From IMG/VR virus record IMGVR_UViG_3300045988_168437: DNA of 64,000 bases. One strand, written 5' to 3'. Each line of letters begins with the position of its first letter. Positions within the stretch are counted from its first letter, which is position 1. The stretch is from a virus. The translations under genes were made by a program, and so were the position numbers. Below are positions 14,427 through 22,767 of this stretch, piece by piece. Below the pieces are notes generated by a model, which ran no database searches, was not told the origin of the DNA, and saw only the letters and a list, made by a program, of their open reading frames with translations.

Positions 14427-14777
14427 ATGATAAATACTTATGCTTATGAAATAAAACCACATATCTTTGACAGTATTATAGTTACTGTGAAAGATGATGA
14501 TAATAACTATGTTGAATTATTAGCTATGAAAGATAAGACAATTGGGGATTATAGAACTTTTTTACACGGTGAAGTAAATAGCACTATTTTCCAAAAAGAT
14601 TATCGTAATAGTAAATATTATAAAAAGGTAGGCAGAGGTAGAATAAAGGACGAAAAAAGAACCCTAGATACAATTAGCAGATTAGTTGGGACAGGAAAAC
14701 ATATTATTCTTTTTCGTTTAGATAACTATATAAAAGATAATAATTTTGAAGGTGACATTAAAATATCATTTAAGTAA
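14427..14777 (+). CDS. hypothetical protein
   Basis: Start moved to the ATG at 14427, after GAGAGGAG. Confidence 0.65.
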   Translation: MINTYAYEIKPHIFDSIIVTVKDDDNNYVELLAMKDKTIGDYRTFLHGEVNSTIFQKDYRNSKYYKKVGRGRIKDEKRTLDTISRLVGTGKHIILFRLDNYIKDNNFEGDIKISFK

Positions 14778-14786
14778 TATATATAA

Positions 14787-14814
14787 TAATCCCCTGATTG
14801 GGGGTTATTTTTTT
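14787..14814 (+). terminator. rho-independent terminator closing the ribozyme operon
   Basis: TAATCCCC-TGATT-GGGGGTTA followed by TTTTTTT. Confidence 0.75.
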
Positions 14815-14847
14815 GCTTAAAAATAATTTATTTTTTACAGAAATCAC

Positions 14848-14876
14848 TTGCAAGTTTTATATCAAAATGCTATAAT
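14848..14876 (+). promoter_or_regulatory. sigma-70-type promoter with extended -10
   Basis: TTGCAA, 17 nt spacer, (TGc)TATAAT. About 45 bp is near-identical to the promoter at 30329. Confidence 0.7.
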
Positions 14877-14898
14877 TAAATCAAAGGCGGTGAATAAT

Positions 14899-15189
14899 AT
14901 GAAAAATATTTCATTAGTGCAACTTAGAAAAGATTACAATTATCTAAATAGTAAAATTTCTTATCATGTGTTAAATGAAGATGAACTATTAAATGAAGTT
15001 GTTCCTAAAATGTTGAGCGGGAAAATGGATTTAAAAAACTTTATTCTGTGGGCAATAAAAGATACTATAACATATGTAGTAGAAGACAGAGAGGCAATGA
15101 ATACAAAAGAAGACATTGAATTTATTGAATCAGATAAAAGATTTAAAAGGATTCTTGACAGATACGATATTGATATAGAGGAGGTTTAA
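14899..15189 (+). CDS. hypothetical protein, tandem paralogue of 15191-15511
   Basis: Start moved to the ATG at 14899. Shares the L(K/N)..F(I/L)LW(A/S)I.D.I..V and SD.R(F/V)KRI(L/I) pattern with the next ORF. Confidence 0.65.
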   Translation: MKNISLVQLRKDYNYLNSKISYHVLNEDELLNEVVPKMLSGKMDLKNFILWAIKDTITYVVEDREAMNTKEDIEFIESDKRFKRILDRYDIDIEEV

Positions 15190-15190
15190 T

Positions 15191-15511
15191 ATGAATATAG
15201 AGCAACAATTAAAAGGATTAGAAATAAAACAATCTACAACTACTCTAAGAGCAGATTTTGAATATTTAGATGATAATATCAATTGGTATCTAATTGATGA
15301 AGCAATATTAGTAACAGAAATTGCTCCAGGATTGCAATATGGAACACTAAATCTAAAACAATTTTTGCTTTGGAGCATCTGGGACATTATTGCTTTTGTT
15401 ATTATAGAAAATCATGACGAAGATGATGTCAATTTTGTTAAAACAGACAGTAGGGTTAAAAGAATCATAAGAAAATATGGTTTAAAAGAAAGTATAGAAA
15501 AATTACTATAG
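15191..15511 (+). CDS. hypothetical protein, tandem paralogue of 14899-15189
   Basis: ORF track; see the previous entry. Confidence 0.65.
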   Translation: MNIEQQLKGLEIKQSTTTLRADFEYLDDNINWYLIDEAILVTEIAPGLQYGTLNLKQFLLWSIWDIIAFVIIENHDEDDVNFVKTDSRVKRIIRKYGLKESIEKLL

Positions 15512-15516
15512 AAAGG

Positions 15517-16314
15517 ATGACAAAGATGTTAAAAAATAGTTACTGGAATCATACAGGAAAATATCAAAATGAAAGTGAAGAATTAGAAAAATTAATACCT
15601 CACTGGGGTAGAACTACTAACCCTTATATGAACTTATTCATAGTTGCAAGTCAATTATACTATGATGTTTATAACAATGGTGGTTGTAATATCGAGGATT
15701 GTTATGTTGATGATATTGAAAAATATATAAAACCTTATGCAAAGGAATTAGAAGGAATTAATTTTAAATGTTCATTAAGAACAATAGTTAATAATCTTAT
15801 GAACGAAGAAAAATTAGAAAATTTCTTAAATTCCGTTATGGAATTTATTTCTGACAAAGACTTGTCTTATCGTAAATATTTAGCTTATTTTGATAGTAAC
15901 AATCACCTTCTTTCTTATGATAAAAAAGAGGGTTATTATGAAATAAGTTTTGGTGAAAAAGAAGAATTTGAAAGATGGATAAACAACAGAAAAAATTCTG
16001 GGTATAAATTAATAGGAGGTATAGTGATGAAATATAGAGTTTGGTGGATACCGCAAATAGGTTATGATGGTACTTTTTATGTACCTGTAAATTCTCCAGA
16101 AGAAGGACTAAAAATAATGTCAGTATTAGGTGCATATGATTTATTTCAATTAAAGAATAATATTAAACCAGACTTTTCAAATACAGGTGGCTTAGAAGTC
16201 TTTGAAGACGGAGAATGGGTAGATTACTATGATGAAGACGGCAGAGATATAGATGAACATTTTGAAGAAGATGTGAATATGCAAGATTTTATAGAAAAAG
16301 TTTATAATTTTTAG
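15517..16314 (+). CDS. hypothetical protein (265 aa)
   Basis: ORF track. Confidence 0.65.
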   Translation: MTKMLKNSYWNHTGKYQNESEELEKLIPHWGRTTNPYMNLFIVASQLYYDVYNNGGCNIEDCYVDDIEKYIKPYAKELEGINFKCSLRTIVNNLMNEEKLENFLNSVMEFISDKDLSYRKYLAYFDSNNHLLSYDKKEGYYEISFGEKEEFERWINNRKNSGYKLIGGIVMKYRVWWIPQIGYDGTFYVPVNSPEEGLKIMSVLGAYDLFQLKNNIKPDFSNTGGLEVFEDGEWVDYYDEDGRDIDEHFEEDVNMQDFIEKVYNF

Positions 16315-16327
16315 AGGGGGTTTTAAA

Positions 16328-16630
16328 ATGAAGGTTTTAATTAAGAATATAGGAGAAAACACTAAAATTACAGATATTGAAAATGATTTACAATCATTGC
16401 AAAATCTAGTAGGAGGGTATATTGAGGCATTACCATTAACTAAAGATGTATTATTAATATGTAATGAAGAAGGAAAGCTAAAAGGACTTCCTGTAAATTT
16501 CAACATAGTCATAAATGGAAAGATAGAATCTATCGTAGGGAATGTATTTTTCGTAGGAAAAAATGATTCTGATTTCGATAGTCTCACTAATGAACAAATC
16601 ATTATATTACAAGATTATCTTGATAATTAA
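16328..16630 (+). CDS. DUF3846-like protein (family assignment from memory)
   Basis: LQSLQNLVGGYIEALPL...GLPVN...GNVFFVG pattern. Confidence 0.5.
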   Translation: MKVLIKNIGENTKITDIENDLQSLQNLVGGYIEALPLTKDVLLICNEEGKLKGLPVNFNIVINGKIESIVGNVFFVGKNDSDFDSLTNEQIIILQDYLDN

Positions 16631-16666
16631 TATTCCAAAATAAAAAATAAAATATATAAGGGATAG

Positions 16667-16694
16667 AGCAGCTTAATTGCTGCTTTATTTTTTT
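16667..16694 (+). terminator. rho-independent terminator
   Basis: AGCAGC-TTAATT-GCTGCT followed by TTATTTTTTT. Confidence 0.75.
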
Positions 16695-16715
16695 ATAAAA
16701 AATTCCATATAATAG

Positions 16716-16744
16716 TTGACATACTTACATAAAAGTATTAATAT
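16716..16744 (+). promoter_or_regulatory. sigma-70-type promoter
   Basis: TAGTTGACA, 17 nt spacer, TAATAT. Confidence 0.65.
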
Positions 16745-16797
16745 ATAAGTATAGTTAGTTTTACACAAAAACAAAATTTCTAAAAGGGGATGAAGAT

Positions 16798-17532
16798 ATG
16801 TTTACACTAGGCAACAGTAAAATTAAAACGGCACTAAAGAATATATCACAAAGGAAGTATGATTGTGATGTGTTTAAAATGGAAGTAAATAGTATATCAG
16901 AAATATGTAAAAAAGAATTTCAAGCAGAATATAGTAAGATGGAAAAATTCTCTTTCAACAAAGGATATCTTGAATTTACATTTAAAGACCAAGCAGTAAT
17001 TGGTTATTTTGAAATACAAGGATTTAATATAAGTTTAATTATTGCTCCCACAAATAATGTTTATGGCAGTAGTTTTATCTTTAATGTAAATATAAAAGAT
17101 ATGCAAGGAGAAGTTGGATATGTAAAGAATTCTTTATTAATATTAGTGGAAGAAGATGAATCTTTGCATAAGAAAATTGGTGGAATTGGGAAAGCATTAT
17201 GCGAAGGAATTTTAGTTGCAAATTATTTAGCTCAAACAAATCCAACAATAATAAAAGACAATGAAACTAGGATTGTTAAAAAGTCAAATAAAAAGGGAAA
17301 ACATAAAAATAAAACTATCAGGAAAATAAACCTTACTAATATAAGACATGTAAAAGAATACAGTAATACTAATATAAATACAGATAAAAGAAATTACGAA
17401 AGACATACTGAATCTTGGACTGTAAGAGGGCATTACAGACATTATAAAAGTGGTAAGGTAGTTTGGATAGAACCATCTACTAGAGGGACTGGAAAACCTC
17501 AAGGAAAAGTTTACAATATAAATGTTGAATAA
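16798..17532 (+). CDS. hypothetical protein with basic C-terminal W.VRGHYRHYKSGK..WI motif
   Basis: ORF track. Confidence 0.6.
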   Translation: MFTLGNSKIKTALKNISQRKYDCDVFKMEVNSISEICKKEFQAEYSKMEKFSFNKGYLEFTFKDQAVIGYFEIQGFNISLIIAPTNNVYGSSFIFNVNIKDMQGEVGYVKNSLLILVEEDESLHKKIGGIGKALCEGILVANYLAQTNPTIIKDNETRIVKKSNKKGKHKNKTIRKINLTNIRHVKEYSNTNINTDKRNYERHTESWTVRGHYRHYKSGKVVWIEPSTRGTGKPQGKVYNINVE

Positions 17533-17545
17533 GGGGGACTAAAAC

Positions 17546-17920
17546 ATGGTAGAAGTAAATAAATTATACAGATGCAGACAAGATATAGTTTTAAATCCAA
17601 GTACAGTTGATAAAATCAATATATCATTAGACTTAGATATGGGAAATACAGTTATGGCAACTATTGATGATGTTGGGATATATAAACCTATAACAATTTC
17701 AGAATTTAATTTAGCAAAAGAAATACTTAAGAAAAAAGCAGAGCAGCTAATTATAGAGAATAAAGAAGTGGACCATGTAATATACTCTATAGTAGAAACT
17801 GACTATGAAGGTTATTGTAATCGAATAATTATATGTCTTATTCCTCTTACTCATGAAGAATATGTTAGAAGAATGAGACTTTTAAATGACACAACAAAGT
17901 GTTTTGTATTAAATAGATAA
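17546..17920 (+). CDS. hypothetical protein
   Basis: ORF track. Confidence 0.6.
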   Translation: MVEVNKLYRCRQDIVLNPSTVDKINISLDLDMGNTVMATIDDVGIYKPITISEFNLAKEILKKKAEQLIIENKEVDHVIYSIVETDYEGYCNRIIICLIPLTHEEYVRRMRLLNDTTKCFVLNR

Positions 17921-17934
17921 TAGGAGGGTTTTAT

Positions 17935-18882
17935 ATGAGTAATTGTTATAAAGAGTTTTTAGGATATATGAAAGATGTGCAAGGAGTTGATAATAAAACT
18001 CTAGTATGTTACGAAAAAAATTTAAAAGACTTTAACGAGTATATTTTTGGCGGGAAAGCAGATACTACTTTTGAAGAAATAGCAAACTTAAAAGTATCTG
18101 AAATACAAACAAAATGGCTCAATAGACTTAAAGATGAAAAAGGATATAAATCAAATACCTTAAATAACCGCATAATTACACTTACAAGACTTTACACATA
18201 TATGGTAGGAGAAAACTATACTACTGTAAATAAAGGCAAACTAATACCTCATTACAAAGGCGACAAGAAAGTTAAAAAAGAAATATCAACTGATGATTAT
18301 ATATCTTTATTAGAAGAACTTAGAAAAAATAGAGATAAAAACTTCACTAGTCTTAGAAATTGGTTTATGGTAGAATTCTTTTTAGCAACTGGACTTCGTA
18401 GAGCGGAAATCATAGCATTAGACATCGAAGATGTAAATATTCTTACTGGTGAAATAAAAGTCACTAGAAAATATGACGAAGGTGTTAAATTTGGTAAAGA
18501 AAGAATAGAGTATCTTCCAGAAATACTTTTAGATGATTTACACTATTATCTTTCACGCAGATTAGACATAGAAACAGATAGTGATGCTTTCTTTATTTCT
18601 ACTCATAAGAAAAGAATGTGTGCATCTAATATCAATAAGTTGCTTAATAAGATAGCAGATAATAACGGCATGAAAATACACCCTCATATGCTTAGAGCGG
18701 GATTTTCAAGCAATACCATTAATAGTGGTAGGGTAGAATCATATGAAGTCGCAGAAGCGATGGGACACAGTAATAAGACTACTACTTTGAACTATTATCA
18801 TAAGTCTAATACAGAAGTATTAAAGAAAGTTGCCAACAGTAATATGATATTTGACAAAAGACAAGATGATAATGTAATATAA
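17935..18882 (+). CDS. tyrosine recombinase / integrase
   Basis: ATGLRRAEIIAL (catalytic R box), HPHMLRAGF (HxxR) and GHSNKTTTLNYYH (catalytic Y). Confidence 0.8.
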   Translation: MSNCYKEFLGYMKDVQGVDNKTLVCYEKNLKDFNEYIFGGKADTTFEEIANLKVSEIQTKWLNRLKDEKGYKSNTLNNRIITLTRLYTYMVGENYTTVNKGKLIPHYKGDKKVKKEISTDDYISLLEELRKNRDKNFTSLRNWFMVEFFLATGLRRAEIIALDIEDVNILTGEIKVTRKYDEGVKFGKERIEYLPEILLDDLHYYLSRRLDIETDSDAFFISTHKKRMCASNINKLLNKIADNNGMKIHPHMLRAGFSSNTINSGRVESYEVAEAMGHSNKTTTLNYYHKSNTEVLKKVANSNMIFDKRQDDNVI

Positions 18883-18915
18883 AAATAGTATAAATAAAAC
18901 ATAGAGGTGATTAAT

Positions 18916-19605
18916 ATGATGAAAAACAAAAACTCAATTGGGTTCTATATAGAAAGTTTAGGATTCGATTTAGATAAAGTTTGGGATTTTGAAAAGAATA
19001 CAAAAAATCCTGATGAAGTGACAAAAATGTCAAATGTTGAAATATGGTTAAAATGTGTTAATCATGATTATCACGGCAGTTATAAAACAACTGCTAAGGC
19101 TTACTATTATTCCTCTTCTACAGAGGGATATGGTTGCCCTTACTGTTCTAAAATAAGTCCAAATAGAAAGGTCCACATACTTGATAGTTTTGCATATAAA
19201 CATCAAGATTGGGCAAAATGGTGGGATAGTTCTAATAAGAAAACTCCTTTTGAATGCAAAGGAAATGAACAACATGAGACATTTAAATTTACTTGTCCTG
19301 TTTGTGGATATAGTTTTGAAAGTACATTAATGTTCCTTTCCGATTTAAAATTTAAACATGTATGTGAATCAGATAAAACAAGAGGTAAGGGGTATGATGA
19401 ATATCAAGACTATAGAAAACAACAACAGTTTGAAAGGGCAGCAAAGCATATAAAGAAATCTGGTAAAGGAGAATGGGAACTTATAGAATTCAATGGAACA
19501 AACAGACCTGGTACTGTTAAGCATCATTGTGGAGCAACTAAGACAGTTACTAGAATATCTTCTTTATATAATAAAAATATAGTTTGTCCTAATTGTGATA
19601 AATAG
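18916..19605 (+). CDS. zinc-ribbon (treble-clef, DUF4379-like) protein
   Basis: WDFEKN..NPDEVTKMSNVEIWLKC...GCPYCS pattern. Start set at the ATG after AGAGGTG. Confidence 0.55.
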   Translation: MMKNKNSIGFYIESLGFDLDKVWDFEKNTKNPDEVTKMSNVEIWLKCVNHDYHGSYKTTAKAYYYSSSTEGYGCPYCSKISPNRKVHILDSFAYKHQDWAKWWDSSNKKTPFECKGNEQHETFKFTCPVCGYSFESTLMFLSDLKFKHVCESDKTRGKGYDEYQDYRKQQQFERAAKHIKKSGKGEWELIEFNGTNRPGTVKHHCGATKTVTRISSLYNKNIVCPNCDK

Positions 19606-19634
19606 TTGACATACTTATAAAAAAATAGTAAGAT
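19606..19634 (+). promoter_or_regulatory. sigma-70-type promoter
   Basis: TAGTTGACA, 17 nt spacer, TAAGAT. Confidence 0.55.
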
Positions 19635-19795
19635 AAAAAAAAGAGGTAGATGTCGAACCCATCTACCTTAAACAATATTGATATAATCAATCTTTAGAAT
19701 TGTTTTTAGAGTTAATCTTTTTAAATTGTATTTTTATAATACCATAAAAGGATTGATTATGTCAAGAAGTACTGCTATTTTTTAAGGAGAATTTT

Positions 19796-20752
19796 ATGAA
19801 AAAAAAGGAAGAGAAATTAGAACACTTAAGAGAATACGGCATAGTCAATTTAAATGACGGCAGATTAGTATTTTCGGCTTGTCATGATGTATCAAAAGAA
19901 GAAAATCTTACGATAATTAACGATTTAAACAAAGAAGACAAAGAAAAGAGAAACAAAATATTAGAATTCAAAAGATTTAATAGAAAGTTAGGAGGATTTT
20001 ATTTTATGGTTTACAGTAATAACAAAGCTTTATTTTCTGAAATTCCAGAAGTTAAAAATGGGGACTTACCTAAATTGCTTTATTTAGCCTCATACATGGA
20101 TTATGAGAATAGACATGGGAATAAGATATGTAAGGTAATAGGAGGAAATAAAAAAGTCCCTATGCCTAAGAGAGAAGTTTTTAAGTTAATAAGATTTGCA
20201 GATTCAACAAAGGCAAAAAATTGGTTTTTAAAAATGGAGAAATTAGGACTATTATATATTTATGATGATTCAGTAGAACTAAATGAAAAATATTTTATTA
20301 AAGGCTGTACTGGAACAGAATATAAATATAGTCGAGTTTATATTAACACGATAAGGGGATTATATACTAATTGTGATTTAAGAAAACATAGACAAATTGG
20401 CTTAATATTAAGACTATTGCCTTATATGAATATAAATTCAAATATACTTTGTAGCACTAGTGAAGATGAAATTCACAAACTAGATAGATATGAAATTGCA
20501 GAAATACTTGATGTAAAAGACGATAAGAGAAATTTATCTAAAATGATAAGAACTCTTTTAAATCTTAAAGTTGATTTTGAAAATTATAAATTGCAGGTAT
20601 TTAAATTAGTAAAAGTATATGACACCAATTTTGTTGAAGAATATTTTGTAGTCAATCCAATTTTAGCATATAAAGGAGATGACTATTATAAGATGCAAGA
20701 AATCCTAAAAACATATTTCTTTGATGAAGATGATATTAAAATAATAAGATAA
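19796..20752 (+). CDS. putative replication-initiator / DNA-binding protein, paralogue of 28237-29172
   Basis: Shares LPKLLYLASYMDYEN / ITRLIYLATYIDYNN and a colinear C-terminus with ORF 28237. An iteron field follows. The function is inferred. Confidence 0.35.
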   Translation: MKKKEEKLEHLREYGIVNLNDGRLVFSACHDVSKEENLTIINDLNKEDKEKRNKILEFKRFNRKLGGFYFMVYSNNKALFSEIPEVKNGDLPKLLYLASYMDYENRHGNKICKVIGGNKKVPMPKREVFKLIRFADSTKAKNWFLKMEKLGLLYIYDDSVELNEKYFIKGCTGTEYKYSRVYINTIRGLYTNCDLRKHRQIGLILRLLPYMNINSNILCSTSEDEIHKLDRYEIAEILDVKDDKRNLSKMIRTLLNLKVDFENYKLQVFKLVKVYDTNFVEEYFVVNPILAYKGDDYYKMQEILKTYFFDEDDIKIIR

Positions 20753-20821
20753 ATAGATTCGCTCTGATTAATTTCAGGGCGATTTTTAATATTTTTGAAC
20801 ATTGGTGTATTTGAGGACGAT

Positions 20822-20930
20822 TTTAAAAAAGTAAAAACCACTCTCAAAAGCCAATAAAGAGTGGTTCGCATAAATAATAGTTAATACTTCAAGAACTTCC
20901 ACTCTACTACCAATAGAATGTAGTTCTCTT
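20822..20930 (-). ncRNA. candidate sRNA 1 (promoter to terminator, about 108 nt)
   Basis: On the minus strand: TTGTAA, 16 nt spacer, TATAAT (20964-20937). The transcript starts AGAGAACUACAUUCUAUU... and ends at AACCACUC-loop-GAGUGGUU followed by a U-tract. Confidence 0.5.
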
Positions 20931-21024
20931 TTTTTAATTATATCATATATGGAAAATTTTACAATAGTTTTTTTACAAATAATAAATTTAATGTTTTTGA
21001 ACCTTAGTGTATTTGAGGACGATT

Positions 21025-21130
21025 TTAAAAAATAAAAAACCACTCAAATGCCGATAAGAGTGGTTTAAACTAAAAAAATTTTTATCTTAAGGAACTATCC
21101 ATCTAAGGCTAAATAGAATGCAGTTCTCTT
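21025..21130 (-). ncRNA. candidate sRNA 2 (paralogue of sRNA 1)
   Basis: On the minus strand: TTGCAA, 17 nt spacer, TATAAT (21165-21137). It shares the AGAGAACU(G)CAUUCUAUU 5' end and ends at terminator AAACCACUC/GAGUGGUUU followed by a U-tract. Confidence 0.5.
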
Positions 21131-21349
21131 ATTTTTATTATATCATGTATAGAAAAATTTTGCAAGAATTTATTTTTTAAACAACTTCATGTTTTTGAAC
21201 ATCAGTATATTTGAGGCAGACTTTTTTATATAAAATCCATGTTTTTAAACATTAGTGTATTTGAGGACGATTTTAAAAAAACACATTAAAAACATTGATA
21301 TTTCAACGATTGCATAGCAATAGGATTTGATTAGGTTAAATTTAATGGT

Positions 21350-21664
21350 CTACTTTGAGGCAGAAAAAAACAACGATTTTGACACTTTGAGGCAGATTTT
21401 TAAAATGGCAGAGAATGTTGATATTTCAACAATAACTCCAATTTTAGGTAGTTGTATCATTATTATTATTCTCTCTATATAGCTAACGCCAAATTCTTTT
21501 CCGATAAACGAGAAATATTCTTTAAATTTTCCCAAGCGATTAATTAGTTTTCGTGATATAAAAACACATGGAAAATTCTGTTCAGATTTATTTTTATCTT
21601 CCCTCACTTCATAACAAATAGATAAGATAGAAACAACTAGATGTTCAGTCCAGCTAAAAAACAT
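21350..21664 (-). CDS. doubtful ORF
   Basis: ORF track only. It overlaps the repeat field, has no SD and shows odd composition. Confidence 0.2.
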   Translation of the reverse strand: MFFSWTEHLVVSILSICYEVREDKNKSEQNFPCVFISRKLINRLGKFKEYFSFIGKEFGVSYIERIIIMIQLPKIGVIVEISTFSAILKICLKVSKSLFFSASK

Positions 21665-21685
21665 CTGAACTTTTACAAATTATTC

Positions 21686-21714
21686 TTGACATTTTTATAT
21701 TAAAATACTATAAT
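21686..21714 (+). promoter_or_regulatory. sigma-70-type promoter
   Basis: TTGACA, 17 nt spacer, TATAAT. Confidence 0.7.
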
Positions 21715-21826
21715 CTACTTATAAACAGTAAAGGAGAGATTCAATCATGAAAAATAACTCTTCATTTTATAGGAAATAAGGGTTTTATACTTGTTGTATA
21801 ATTCCCAAATAAAAAGGAGAAGGAAA

Positions 21827-22744
21827 ATGAAAGAAATCAATATTTATAACGAAAAAAAAGTAGAAGAAGTTATGTCAACATGGAAACCAACTGCAAGGAA
21901 TTCTGCTAAAGGTGGTTATAAAAAATTACTTTTTTACTTAAAAAGAGAAGGTTCTTTAAAAGTAAAAGGGAAAAACTATTATACAACAAAAGACATGTTA
22001 GACAGATATTTAGAAGAGACAACAAATAAGAGTTCGTATCAGGCTATGAGTATTATTAAAACTTATATGAACAAACTGTTTAGAGAGTTGGAAATTGATT
22101 ATCAATTCGAAGCAATATCTAGTAAGCAATACATTAGAAATACAGACTTTTACAACAAAGAAGAAGTAAAACAAATAGCTCTATTAACTAGAAATGCACA
22201 GGATAGATTTATAATCTACGGACTGTTTAGCGGTCTAAAAGGCAGCAAGTTTTGTGAGTTATTAGATTTAAAAACGAAAGACATAGATTTTAAGCACAAT
22301 CTAATTAAAATAAACAATAGAAAAATAGAAATGGATGAATTCATGACTATGATAGCTAAAGATACAGTTAATCAAGAAATTTATTATAAGAAAGGGGAGA
22401 AAGAAAACACTAGTAAGTCATCTATGTTTTATGAACTTAATATGCATAGTGAATATGTTTTAAAACCAAAGCCATACGCTAAAAACAATAAAGGTTTAAA
22501 GCCATTTAGTTTATGTGGATTTAAAACAAAGCTAGAAAAAATAAGTGCAGATTTAGAGGATTCTAGTTTTTATCCAGTTTTAGCAGACAAACTGTATAAG
22601 TCAGGAATCTTATATCAAATGAAAAAAATAGAAGAAGAAACAGGTATAGTATGGAAAAATAAAAATCTTGATGACTGGAAAAAAACAGAAGGCTTAATTT
22701 TTGGTACTTCTGAAATTCTAAATATCTATAGACAAATGAATTAA
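21827..22744 (+). CDS. integrase-like protein lacking recognisable HxxR/Y catalytic boxes
   Basis: Start set at the ATG at 21827, after GGAGAAGG. The mid-region LLTRNAQDRFIIYGLFSGLKGSKFCELLDLKTKDID resembles the recombinase box I region. The C-terminus is not recombinase-like. Confidence 0.3.
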   Translation: MKEINIYNEKKVEEVMSTWKPTARNSAKGGYKKLLFYLKREGSLKVKGKNYYTTKDMLDRYLEETTNKSSYQAMSIIKTYMNKLFRELEIDYQFEAISSKQYIRNTDFYNKEEVKQIALLTRNAQDRFIIYGLFSGLKGSKFCELLDLKTKDIDFKHNLIKINNRKIEMDEFMTMIAKDTVNQEIYYKKGEKENTSKSSMFYELNMHSEYVLKPKPYAKNNKGLKPFSLCGFKTKLEKISADLEDSSFYPVLADKLYKSGILYQMKKIEEETGIVWKNKNLDDWKKTEGLIFGTSEILNIYRQMN

Positions 22745-22767
22745 CATTTCGGAAAGGGTTTTGTTGT

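Larger units (their letters stand above)
20792..21395. repeat. iteron / operator field
   Basis: TGTTTTTGAAC.T..GT(G/A)TATTTGAGG(AC/CA)GA repeats at about 20792, 20992, 21189 and 21239, plus half sites (C/T)ACTTTGAGGCAGA at 21351 and 21382. A unit of about 200 bp is duplicated. TTGATATTTCAAC occurs at about 21294 and 21418. Confidence 0.7.

Noticed and set aside
19645-19667. tRNA-like T-arm hairpin GGTAGATG-TCGAACC-CATCTACC (possible tRNA or attP core)
   Set aside because: The loop does not fit the T-loop consensus (TTCRANY). The stem is 8 bp rather than 5 bp. There is no acceptor, D or anticodon arm. No tRNA or rRNA genes were found in the window.
20686-21043. Minus-strand ORFs 20686-20871 and 20786-21043
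   Set aside because: They run through the promoter and terminator structures and iterons of the repeat field, so they look like artefacts. The region is better explained as sRNA genes plus binding sites.
20792-21281. Possible CRISPR array (repeated about 40-bp units)
   Set aside because: Repeat spacing is irregular (about 200, 197 and 50 bp). The repeats are imperfect and AT-rich without the usual palindromic core. The spacers are themselves duplicated, and no cas genes are present.
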